NCBI GenBank assembly: GCA_000708835.1
Contig: DF237298.1
Span: 33,616 to 97,615, forward strand
Origin: Klebsormidium nitens
Lineage: Eukaryota; Plantae; Klebsormidiophyceae
DNA: 64,000 nucleotides
Direction: 5' to 3'
Part shown: one piece after another, positions 49,454 through 61,955 of the stretch
Layout of the letters: every line of letters begins with the position of its first letter
Numbering within the stretch: the first letter of the stretch is position 1
The notes under the pieces: generated by a model
What the model was told of the DNA's origin: nothing
The model's database searches: none
Seen by the model: the letters and a program-made list of their open reading frames with translations, nothing else
Position numbers and translations under genes: made by a program

Positions 49454-52400
49454 TCATGGTATCCGTTGCCTGCGCCCTATGCTAGCGTCGTGCAGAGCGA
49501 GCTCAAAATTCTGCTTGTCTTTCGCTTTGATCATGATCCACGCCGTCTCGAACCCGTCGTGGTGGTACTCCAGGCCCTGCTCCTCCGCTACCCGGTGAAA
49601 TAGGATACCGAGTTGGCTGTAGGAAAGGACACCTTTTGATCAGCAAGGCCCTTCCGCCGATACAGAGAACCGATCGCCACAGTTCCAAACATTCGCTAGG
49701 CCGCTTGTCGGGATCAGCATCAGCGGCTCAGAGTTGTGTTCAGAAGCAATATGCATACGGTATTCTGGCCACATCCTTGCATCCTCATCCTCATCAGGCC
49801 TCGCAAGGAAGTTGTATTACTTGGGAATCAACGTACGGTACAGAACAAAATCTGGACTTGCCCTTGCTCGCAAGCGGGTCACCAAATAACAGCGCAGAAT
49901 CTTCGGCTAGCATGGTCACGAAAAGTCTCCAGTGGGGTAACAACAGGAGCTTCTTAAACCGGAGAAACACGTCCTCGAACCCTTTACAGCAGTCAAGTGT
50001 GACTCACTTTCCCGTCGCTTCTCCGAGCGTCGGTCGCGGCTGGACTCCGACCACGAGCAGCCGGTCGGTGCCCGGCATCCGGGCCCACGACACAGCCGGC
50101 TTCCGCTTCTTGCCGCTCTCCTGCACGGAACAGGGGCGGAAGGGCGGAAGATTCAAACCTTGTGCCAAATGACAGACTGTGTACGGATCGGCTTTTGTAC
50201 GTTCTCCTTTTGCGATCATCACGGTGAATCCGGGGGCACAGGGGTGAAGTTCTGGAGCAAAGTAGTGTGCCAAAAAGGTCGATGATAATCGCACTACAGA
50301 AAGGTCTCCCTCAAAGCCAGAAGCCTTGCCGCTTGCGCGACTTTGCGGATTGTGTGCCCGCATCGTGTATCAGGTCTTTCGACATAAAGACGTTTACTAA
50401 AGGTTCAAACTCTTCTCGATTCACGTCGCACGGCGCATACGTTCTGAACAAGACCCGGCAATAATGTCAAGTTACGAAGCGGATTCGGTCCCGAACTCTC
50501 GAACTTAAGAGGTCGACATGACCAGTTGAGTTAGCAAATGCAGCAAACACTCTCACCAGCATGATGTCCATGATAAAGAGCGTCAGCTTGGAGAGCGCGA
50601 GCGGGTGCGCCAGTTTCCGCGTGTCCTTGGGATCCTCCAGGTCGAACGTCATGAAGTACTTGCCGAAGTGGACTCTCTGCAGGCGGCGGAAGAGACGGGG
50701 ATGTCACGTGATGGACTGATAAGGGCAGATTAGTGTGGCATTCAGAATTCACTGTTAGCTGTTCAAATTGGCAAGCATCAGGCCTTAAAGGAAAAAAGCA
50801 GGTGCGTCTCTATTGCGGCACACACCGGCTGAGATGCTTCTCCAAGCTTCCAGATTATATTTAGAGTTCTTTCCGCAGCTTCATTAGCCCTTACGAAGTA
50901 GCCTGAGAAGCAGAAAAGTACACATCTAGCCGGAAGACTGCAAAGATCACTGTCAAGTTTCACCTCCGAAACACATCGTCATCTAGAGCGCTCTTCCAGG
51001 GACGAGACCGCTCACAGAAACTTTACCTCCTTGCATCACAGCGGCCAGCCAACCAGTCTATCTGGAATTCAGACCTCAATGTTGCCCTGCACACCCGTTC
51101 AAGCAGTGCAAGCGGCTTGCATGCAGCCCCTAAGTCTATATCCCGGCCCTCACCTTGCTTTGCTTCGCTAAACTGCCCTGGTCGATCGTGGCAACCTGGA
51201 CCGTCTTGGCGTGCTCGATGCCGTGGTTCAGGTCGACGCGATTGGTGCTGCGAGCCGAGAAAGCACTTTCAGGGCAGAACTCTAGTTTCTTCTTCTAATA
51301 GAGCTCCCCGAAAGGCGGGGTTCCCTCTCCTTTCTTCGATCAAGCTGTGCCATCCAGTTCTGGCAGAACGACGAAAGGCCCCAGAGGGAAGGACGTGCGC
51401 CTTCATTAAACTTGCAGTCGCATTCAATTTCTGTACAAGCAGAGAGAAAGTTGGCCTCAACCTCTGCAACTAAGTAAGCTGCCGCACACTTCCGGGTCAC
51501 CCCTTTAGCGGCACAGCCAAGCTTCGCCGGGCATTTCAAGGGTCCGGCACTCCTTGAGGAACGCATCGGACCTTTCATCATACAGGAAACCATCTTCTAG
51601 TTTCAGACGCGCCACCGTCTCGCCAAGGGCAGAAAAAGCCAAAAGGTATAGGCTGCGGAGACGCACAGCGCATTGACGGCCGACCAGAAGTTGTCCATCT
51701 GCGTGGTCCCCTCGTACTCGGTCATCTCCAGGAGCGCCGTCAGGCCGTACACAACGTCAGCCGCTGACACGACTGACGTGTAGCCGTGCGACAGCTGGAA
51801 GCTCCGGAAGAAGAGCTCGTCCAGGCCGAAGCGGGGGCCTAGCTTTTCGAGCTGCTCCTTCAACCGACTGCGAGACGTAAGAGCAAGGGTTTCAGGAATG
51901 TAGCAGCTTTCCCGTTTATTTTTCGCGTTGCAGTATGCTCTGTCTGACAGGCGACAGCCAGCTTCTCCACACCTCTTGCAATCCGCTTCAGAACAGGACG
52001 GGAAGCTTGAAGCTTAAGAGCAAGCGTGCTTCTCATCTGCTCTTGAAAAGTTACGGGATGGTACAAAATGGAAAAGACACGACCAGCTTTTCAACAGGCT
52101 GAAGAAGGTACCGAGCCCAGGAGGGTTTACAAACAGATGCAGTGAATTGGAAGCGGTGCAAACCAGGTAGAGAAGCGACAGTCGTCTCTGCATAGAAAGT
52201 AGTGCCTCACCCTTTGACGTCCGGATGCATGTGCGTAAATTTCTGCTCGCACTCCTTCTTCGGCAGGCCCATGTCGGCCAGCATCAGGTTCAGCTGCCGC
52301 CGACCCCTCTCCGTATACGTCTTCAGCCTGGCAGCCACGTATGACGAATAGGCTATGGAGTTGTAGAGCGTCCAGTGCCGCATGAGCATCAAGCGGGGCT

Positions 52401-55380
52401 CGTCCTCTGCGGTGATCCGGTGGAAGTCTCCGATCCTGATGCGGATGCCGTCCTCCAGGATAACGTGGGAGGGGTTCCGGACGTTGTCGTCCGCTGAGGC
52501 GATCTCGACCTGCGGGGATCGAAATGAAGTTTGCCTTCTAGGCACTCAAAAATGTTGTAGGGCTGCCGGGACGTGAGAGGCCTTGGATAACGTGGTCCAG
52601 CGGACTGATTCCGAGTTTAGAAAAGGTTGCTACTTTCTGAAGCAAAGAAGGGACTACTCTCAGACGATAGAGTTCGCAACGCTGAGTCCATTTGAGCAAT
52701 CGCAAGCCATTTTGGTTCTTGGACAACTCTCCTGCGTATCTGATGCTTTACGAGTTAGGATGGTGCTAAACGCTTGAGGATGATATCAACGTCGGTGAAT
52801 GAGCTGCCCCCTTCAGCAAGTCAATTACGACTGCATTGAGCTTTATTGACAGGGAAGGGTGGGCCGTAAGCAGAATTGACTCTCACTGAAAGCACTTAGG
52901 AAGGCAGACTGCAAAAGCGGGGTCGCTTGTGCAGGATTACTTACGTCCTTTTCTAGCTCAATGACGACCTGCTGGTACCTTTCCAGGGTCAGCCGTTCAT
53001 GGATGAACTGATCTGTCACCGCAATGATGGCGTACCTGCAGAAACCACCCAAATGATCATCTTGAGAACGCCTGCCCTAGTTTGTATTTGGGGTTCTCCA
53101 CGAAGCATTCTAAGCTCAATAAAGTGGCCCCATATTGATGTTTGGATATACTGATGCAAAACAGACAGGGTGTCGAGAAGGCTTCCAAACGGATTGCTGC
53201 TCCCCTGATGCCACACACTCTGTTGGACTTGCCGAGGAGACAACTTAAGTTGTGGGGACTCACCATAGCAACTCGTTTTTGGTCCTATTTAGAAGGTGCG
53301 CCATCCGGTACAACGTCAACCCGCAGGCCCGCCCGTAAAACGAACCCCGGGCATAGTACTCGCTCTTTTGCCTTTGCCACTCTTGCCTCTCTTTTCTCCG
53401 TCCAACCGGTGAAAAGGTTCCCCCAGGCCCCACTTTTCGTCGCCGCTTCTCTGCATGCAGAAGACTGCAGGATATCAGGAGCTTCCCCAGTGCGGCAAAA
53501 AGCACGCGGCAAAAAGCATAGGCTGGCCAGTCCATGTGCCTGCGCGGTCTCTAATGTCAATTCGGGCCTTTGCATGCAATTGAAATGCTTTCTCAAGCTC
53601 GCTGAGCATGCTTTTGTGGTTGATAAAAGGCAGGCGAGGAAACCCTTGCTCGCAGATACAGATTGGGAGAAACCCGCTCGAGTTGCGGAATCTAGAGATA
53701 ACCTGAGGGTGAAGCACCAATAGGAGGTGTTTGCTGCAAGGCCATATAGCTGAGGAATGATGCTTGTTGTGCAGCTTACCTGGCCGATGTGAGGGTCCCT
53801 CATGATCGCTACTTGCATAGCCATCGTCACTCTCACTACTGCTTGCCTCCTCGTCCTCGTCTTCGGTCAAGTCATTGTCACTGGCCGGATCGGACCGTCG
53901 TATCAGGTCCGCAAGTTCAGGGTATGCATTATCCTGATCTGCAGCGTCATCTTCATTATATACAACAACCACCTGTGAGGAGCAGATGACTTTAGAAGCG
54001 TGAGTCAGTGAAGCAGAAGTAGATGACTTCACAGACTTCCTGCCTCAAGCATGGCCTAGGCTGAGTGGACAAGGTAGCTGTAAAGATTAGCTAGTGGTAG
54101 TCTCTGCAGATCGAGTCAGCTCTCAACCTGCCACTTGCTGGCATTGCAAGTTCCTCGCTTGTCATCACTGGTTGGGAAATGAACATGATTTTATTGACCG
54201 GCAGATTCTTCAAGAAAGAACAACAAGGCTGTTATGGAGGAGCTACGCTACCAATGAGCCTCATAATTTCAGATTGTAGCAGATTTAACAGAACCACGGG
54301 GAAATGCTTTGTCACATCACCTGCTTGTTCTTGCTGCTCAAGTTGTGCAGGTGGAGGGGGCGGTGGCTATCGATCACAAATAGAGTTGTCTTTGCTCCTA
54401 TGTTGAGCCTGGCTGCGAGGTCCTCTGTCCCACCGCAGTTCAACAGGATGGCGCAGCAGTACTAGGCAAAGAGACAAAGCGTGCATTAAGCATAGGTTCT
54501 ATAGTATCTTGTTACTATCCACATTCCGTACTTTTGAAATTGTGGAATGAGAATGGCAACTCTTTGAAGGCAGTTCTTGAGCGCTGACATTCCCAATGGG
54601 GACTGACATCATTACGCTTTCACGAGAATGCATAGCAGCTGAAAGCTCCAAACTCCATCGCCAAAACCCATTGACCAAGGGGCAGCCTACAGACATGAAG
54701 CTTGCACCAGATCAACATACAGTCAGGCCCTTGTCGGTAACTTACCTCATCATTTTGACTGATCCCCTTGTCCGCATGCCGTTGGATATCCTCATAACCG
54801 CTTACTGGGAAAACTGAGTAAGTGATTGTGTCGCCTTTCAGAAGTTCCTGCATAATTTGGAAACCCCCATGAGTTTCTTGCTGACATCGGTCAAGCTCTG
54901 CAATCCAGAGAGGGGTAAACAACATCTGGGGTGGCAAAATTCTCTCTGTCTTCTGATCGCTTTCAGCTGTTCCTCCTATCAGGCAGATTTCTGTTGCTGC
55001 AGAGGTCTAGGGTCTGTAGCGTTGGAGAAGGCTCCTGGAAGGCTTCTCACAAAGGTCTGGTCTCAAATTGCCAACTTCCTCAAAGATACACCTGAAACAA
55101 AGGTAAAATCTGCACCAGGTGCTACAACCTACCTCATGGTGCAAAAAGCCTAAGGCCCATGGGTTTGAAAGGAAGGGTTTCACATAATGCAGATTGTACT
55201 TAGTTTGCATATCGAAATCATAGTTTTCAGGAGTAGGCAGCTTACCGTCAACAATCTGAGTGAGACGATGGAGTCTGTTTCGTTGGCTGATACATAGATG
55301 TTAAGATTGTTTGAGCTTGCTCGATAGGCTTCGTTCCGAATTGTGTCATAGGCCTGGTACAGATCCCTCTCAACAACCAT
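49454..55380 (-). CDS. CDC45: Cell division control protein 45 (CMG helicase subunit), about 612 aa
   Basis: 12 exons, phase-consistent: 55380-55246, 54847-54746, 54461-54321, 53972-53780, 53450-53264, 53035-52945, 52509-52211, 51867-51667, 51247-51154, 50676-50557, 50120-50008, 49616-49454. Motifs: YSVFPVSGY, LLNCGG, VIDSHRPLHLHN, acidic linker, ELLWYAIIAVTDQFIHERL, EPRLMLMRHWTLYNS, LADMGLP, SAADVVYGLTALLE, HPLALSKL. Confidence 0.95.
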
Positions 55381-56723
55381 CTTTTTCAGCGGACTCTGCT
55401 AAGCCGCACGTTTGCAGTGGCCTTTCCCTTGCTGATGGGAACCGCTCACTGTGGTTGTGTAACATAATATCTTCTTTTGAGCAAGATCCTGTGACCAGTT
55501 GCCGGTTGAGCTTGGAGCAAAGCTGCTTCAATTGAGTTTGCAGCTTACAGGGGCAACTAGCTAGCTCGATGCCCTAGTCACTCTCTAAGTCCAAGTCGAA
55601 TGTAAAACAGGACTGCTGGCACTTTATTAATCGAACTTTCTGTGTCAGGAAGGAGGGTGCCTTTGGCAACCAGAGCCGTATGCTGATGAAGATTTAAGTT
55701 ATAGCTCAGGACCGCTATTGTTTTTTGCAACTTCCTTGCAGCGTGTGCCCGTCAACTGTTTATACCCTCAGCTTCAAGTTTTACCATCAGAGATTTGCTC
55801 CAAACACTGCAGGGCAATTTGTCAAATAACTTCAGCGCGCCAGATTGCCTCTATTCCTTCTCAGTGCGGCCGGTGTACCGTTATTGAAGTGCAATGTGCT
55901 CTCCTGCATTTGCCCCCTCTTCCTCGCTGCAACAGCGCCCTCGAATGCTCAAAAAGTGTTTTGCACACTTGCTTTTGCGCAGACTCTTGACGGCAGCGCA
56001 CAAATCCTTGGACCTTGCTCAAACTGTTCCCGAGCCGAGCCTGCTGCTCTTCAAATTCAAACCCAGACTTGTCCCGCCATTCTCCTCGCCACATCCAATC
56101 ATCGAACCGTCCATTGAACTTACAAAGTCAACATCGGAATGACACGTGGCAACAGAGCACAACCAAAGGGTTTTCTACCGCTCTAGTTCTCTGTGCACCG
56201 CCGTTGGGCGCCTCCTGCCTCGAGTGAAAGTGACACTGAGATTCTGAGAAGGCAGCCAGAGCTCAATGCATGAGGGTAGAATGAGAGCGCCTGCATCGCC
56301 ATGGTTGATCAGCGCATTGAGTAGCATTGATTTTATGGAAGGCACAGTCACGGACCCTCACGGTTCACCACTAGGTAGTACCTGCAAGGGCTAAGGATGA
56401 AAATTAAGCAATGTATCCTGCACAATTTTGACTGCATGGGGGTAAAAACAGATGCTGCTCTTCACCAATTGCTCCAACGGTGGCGGCCTGCAATTAGATC
56501 GAACTAGAGGACGCCGACCATCAGACAATCTTATGTCGCGGCGACGTGATGCAATCCTTCAGAGTCTCTTGAAATTGAAGTTGTGCATCCTTGCTGGCCA
56601 AAGGATCTATTCAGATAGGCCATTTGTTGGTGGCGTTCAGTTTTTTCTTTGAAAGATCAAGCTAGTGGCGCAGTCGGCTGTGATCTTATGCAGTAATCAA
56701 GCAGCAGCTGAGCGGTTGCTGAC

Positions 56724-59700
56724 ATGGAACCAATTGTGCTTGATGTCGGAAGTGGTTACACAAAAGCAGGGTACGCAAACCCCGACAGCGAGCCTCCATT
56801 GGTGAGTTTCCATCCCCCGCTGTCAGATGGGACTGCTAAATCGTTAAAAAGCATCCAGACATGGCATACAATATTAGAAGTGGTGGCAGTTCAAGAGGTT
56901 ATATGTAATGCAGCCACACTGTAGAAGCGATGCTTTGGGCTGGAGATGTGAGGGAGGCACGAACGCATTGGGGACAGCTTGACGAGATTTTGCCAAAAAA
57001 GTGATGGTCAAGAGAGTTCTGCATAAATAAGAGCCTCAGGCGGAATTGAAGCAAGATATGGCTAAGCGAGAACTTCAACTGCAATTGTTCATTAGAAGTC
57101 TGCTGCCAGGTGGTGGTGCTTCAAATGTATCCCAAATAAGTTCTTGTTTCTTGGGCAGAAAGATGTAACAAATTTTCCAGAGATATAGTAGCCAGTTGGT
57201 CAATCTCACTGGGTCAGACGATCGCTTGAAAAGCACTGTAAGTGTCTGGCCTTGTTGCTTTGTAACTGCCGATCCTCTGTGTTTCGTTTCGCCGTGTAAG
57301 AGTATCCCTTGAAGAGCACAGAGCCAGTTCTCTTCAGCCAACGCATCTTCGTTGCGCAGCCTTGATTGCTGCCAGTAGTCAGACTGGAAGTACACACTCA
57401 ATATGCCTTTCACGCCTGTTGTGCTCTGTCTATTTAAGAAGCGGTTGACATACTGGTAATCAATAATTGCAGGTGCTCCGCACAGCCTTGGTGCCGGCCA
57501 CTGATCAGACCGGCATCCGGGCGTCCCCAAGCAGTGCGCCCGGAGAGGATACCTCCACTTGGCCAGTACAGAGGGGCCAGATTGCAGACTGGGAAGCAAT
57601 AGAAGACTTCTGGCACTACATTCTCTACAACCAGCTCGGTTGGGAAGAGGGCAATGAAGGACAGGTCCTGTACGCGGAGCCTCTGTTCTCGTCAAAAGCC
57701 TCAAGGGAGAGGTTGGCACAGGTGCGGTGTCAATTTGGGCGTTGTGCACCGTTTACTATTGTAGTGGTATGGCTGACCTGCTCTCCTAGAGTGTGCAACT
57801 CTGAAGGGCTTCGAAAAGTAGTAAAAGCAGGTGCTCCTTTTTCAGCCCCTGCAAACAAGATTAAAAATAAGAATATCTTGTTAGGTCCCCGAGAACTCTG
57901 TCACTTTTTGCAGATATTGAGAAGCAAAGGCTGGGCCATCGAAAATAAACGGATCTTGGAGCCGCTTCAGAAGCCAATTATCGCAGGTTTCTGAACAGGC
58001 AAAAGATTGGTTCTTCGAAAGGAGGCAAACCTTAAGCTCAACGGTCTTTGCCTGTGAAGTGGCAACAGGCCGCTCGGCACGGTTGACCCTGGAGGACAGG
58101 TGCAGCAACAGCTCAGCGCTGTCCATTTGTGCTAGCTCCGTAAATCCCGGCTTCCCAACAAGCGCTGCCAGACGTGCGAGCCTTCAAATGCTACTCAGGC
58201 CATGTCTCAACCACCCTTCTAATCTGCTCGTTTCCCCGCAGGTCATGTTTGAGAACTTCAATGTCAGCGGACTGTATGTTCTCGACCAAGCCGTGCTCTC
58301 CCTCTACGCTACCGGGCGCCTCAGCGGGTGCGCAATCGACGTCGGTTGCGGAAAAGTTGACATCGCCCCGGTCGTTGAGGGGGCTGTTCTGCACAGCATA
58401 GCGCAGCAGATTCCTCTGGGGGGAAACGATTTGACAAAGCTTTTCGAGAAGCTAGTTAGCGAGGCGGACCGAAAACGGGGCACATCGAAAGCAAATGGTG
58501 GGGCTGATCAGAATGGTACCTTAGGGGGGCCGACTTTGGGAGCGGAGTATGGGGTGATTGAGCAGCTTAAGGAGAAGCATGCAGCGGTTGCTGAGGATGC
58601 GGGCGCGTATGTCAGGATGACGTCAGGGGATGCGGAGCCGCTCAGAGAGGAGCACACGCTGCCTGATGGACAGGTGAGCATGGCAGTCACAGACTTTTGG
58701 TCAACCTGTTATCGTTTGTGTCCCATCCAGTTTCCTTCTCCTGGGGTCCTTGAGAATCTCTGCGAGGTTGAAGATCTCCGCTGAAAGATACAGCATCACC
58801 TTGTATTTTCTGTCTGCGCCTCTGTAAGAGCAGTCAGATATTTGCGACATCCGGTTTTTTCAATCAGTTGTTTCACTTCTCCTCACATGTTTATGACCGC
58901 CGAGAGAGCTAGCTTCTTCTCATGGACGCTTTGCACAGGCAAGGGCAGCAAGTCCCTCCCGTTACTTTCAAGGTCCGTTCTTTCCTCTTGGTTCCAGCGC
59001 TTTCCTGTTTGTAAGAAAAGTTCAAGCGGTGCACAATTGTGTACATAAAAGAGCGCACCTTGGAATTCCATTTGTTTTACCATCAGGTCATCTCCGTGGG
59101 GAGAGAACGGTACACCGTCGGAGAGGCCCTGTTTCAGCCGTCTTTGGTCGGGATCGATGCTGCTGGGATAGCAGAGGCTGCGTCGAGGTCCATCATGGCG
59201 GGGCCTCAAGAGAACCAACGACAGTTCCTTGAGAACATCGTTCTCTGTGGGGGGTCGTCTCTCATAAACGGTAAGAGTGATGCCCGAGTGACTCCCTTGA
59301 ATACTTTGAATACATATTCGGCGGAAAAATTGTGCTCCAACCTGCGAAGCTCGTGTAGGCCTCTGTATGACTCGACAGTAAAGCATTGCAGAGCATTTGG
59401 TCATCCGATGAACGGTTTGCGGGGTGAGCTAGGCACCGCCCTCCCATCCTTTTGTTTTAAACTCAATCCGAGTTCCGAACGTGCTACTGCAGCGTTACCA
59501 AGAACCGGGGGTGCTGCGAATGTCGAGCACGTGGATAATTTCTATGATTGACACCTTTATGCACCTCTCGAAAGTGAAGGGAATCCGCTTGAAACTCAAT
59601 ACGTAAGTAGAAACATCTGGCTTTGTCATTGCCACGGGTCACATTAGGGTACTCCTCGAGTCTCTATTTGCGTTTGAAGAGGGCTCAATCGACGCACATT

Positions 59701-60231
59701 CGGCTTCAGACAAACGCCTTTCCTCTCCAGGTCTCGAGTCCAGGCTCCTAAACGAGCTGTCACAAGCTTCACCGCCTTCTATACGACCGCTCACTGTCAA
59801 GGTATGTCTTCTACCGTTCAGGCGCCAATCTCATCTCGCGATGCCCAGCGTGCCAACACAAAGTTGCATTCTTGTGCGTGGTAATCTGCATACTGTTGTT
59901 CGCATGTTTGTACTGGTGTCAAGAAACACTTCCCAGTATTCGTGGACGGCCGTGGCACCAGCCAGCTTTTGGTGAGACTTGTGCTCTAGTTCGCCAAGCG
60001 ACCAATTCACTTTTTGCAACAAATTTCTGTTTCGTTTTGCTTTGGGCCATGACCGAGCCAGTACCACCATTTGTGCAGCCGCCGGAATACATGCCCGACT
60101 CTACACTCCGGCATTCCGCATGGATGGGAGGGGCCATTCTAGCCAAAGTCGTCTTCCCCCAAAATCAGCACATCACGAAAGCGGAGTACGATGAGCATGG
60201 ACCATTCATTGTGCACAAAAAGGGCTTTTGA
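56724..60231 (+). CDS. ARP7: Actin-related protein 7 (plant nuclear ARP)
   Basis: 6 exons, phase-consistent: 56724-56801, 57473-57721, 58242-58673, 59087-59270, 59731-59801, 60079-60231. Actin-fold motifs IVLDVGSGYTKAG, AIDVGCGK, HTLPDGQVISVGRERYTVGEALFQP, NIVLCGG, SAWMGGAILAKVVFPQNQHITKAEYDEHGP. The VVFPQNQH tail is typical of ARP7. Confidence 0.9.
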
Positions 60232-61955
60232 GTGCGGTTACTGGCACACATTGAACCGGTCAACGCAGATGGAATGCCCTACTCTCGTCCTTGCATGAAT
60301 GCTACTGATTTGATATGTGTTGTTCATGTACCCCGTTTCAATAGCATCCTCAATAACCCGTTGCAGATGTTGAGGCGTCGATCCATTGCGTTTCCGTTTC
60401 CATTCTTTCTTACTACAGCTCTGTGTATGCTCTGCTCGCGGGTGCCAGTGCTTTATTTTATGGTCCGCTCGCTGGTCCCGCCTGAGCAGTAGTATGAGTC
60501 GTTCCTTTGACAGCGCCGCCGCGCTGAGTTTGTTGCGCCAGCGTATAATCATGTGCATCCTAATTGAGTAGATTCCTACATCCAAAATGCATGCATATGC
60601 CCCATGGCCGCGGTCGGATAGGCCTATTAGTTGACATAGGATAGTCCTAAGTAGGCGGCGAACGGGTCTGGGTTTAGGATCCGGGTACGGGCATGCGGTG
60701 TATTTGTCGGTTTAGGTTTTGGTTTAGGTTTTCCGGCGGGGGACTGCATTGCTATCCTACCTATAGAATGGTACTAAATAATCGATATATAAATCCCTAA
60801 ACTAGATAGGATCGTATATATTGGCCGCGGCCCGGTGCTGCGTACATATATGATGCGGCAGCAACGGTGACTGCATGCATGAGATTGCATCATGCATCAT
60901 TGAGGCACGCCGGGTCAATGTGCACCTTACGGAATAATCAACTAAGTCATGGAGTCCGTCATGAATTGCATCGTATATACCTTTTAAAACAATTTGTACG
61001 CACTGAGCGCGAACGATCCGACAGCAGCAACTATATATTATGGACCACTGCATGCAAAGACGGTCGGCTCGGATCATTCTAAATGCATGACTTACGCACA
61101 AACAAATGCCATTAAACATCACAAGGATACTGATGCATGCGCATGATCGCAAGTGCAGGCACTTCGCAAGGTCTTTCAGTGGTATACGTGCTGCCGGATT
61201 CTGAGCCTTCAAAAGAACCTAGCTGTTGTTGGGCAGAAGAATCCCGGCCGGCATTGACTTCCATTGGATTCGTAGTCTAAGACGAGTCAACTGCTACTAG
61301 TATTCCTCTTCTCGCAAGCTGTGGTCCAATGAGGGCGTAGGGCTGTCTGATTGTTCTTCCTTGACGAACTGAGATTCCGGCTCACTAGCGGGTTGTCGAT
61401 GGGTTTAGCGAGCCATGATCATTTCAGATCTGCACGAAGCCCAGGAAGAGTTGACGAGTTACGTGAAAGTATGAAGGCGTGGAGAACGAAACGGAACAAA
61501 AAGGAGGCAGAATGCCAGAACTACCCTCTCAGCGTTCAATTCAATCACCTCGTTCGGAGATGAAGCCCACAACGGTCAGTACTCCAACGAAGGCAATCGG
61601 ATCAGTATCTCGAGATCGCATATAGAATATTCATGGCTTCCCAGGTGGCAGCATCCGTACTCAGATTAGCCCTTTCGCGGGAGCTACAAATAGCAGACGT
61701 GTCTGCAAACCGTCTTTGATGGCCCATGCAGAAGTCGAGCCCAGGACCAACTGGTCCACACACGAAATTTCACTAGAATATAGAGGAAGGAAGGTTGAAC
61801 GGAAAACATATGCCCCTGGTACACTCAAAAGGGTAAACAAGTAATTAAGTGAATTTCAAGAGGCACGCTAACAGCAATCTAAGATGGGGACTTACCAAGC
61901 CAATTCTGGCCTCCGTCGGGTATTGCCGAAGCTGCCTCGCCAGTTGCACCGCCTC

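Noticed and set aside
52560-52620. Possible echo of CDC45 exon-7 start (shared GGATAACGTGG)
   Set aside because: Only an 11-mer with poor flanking similarity; not distinguishable from chance without a statistical test.
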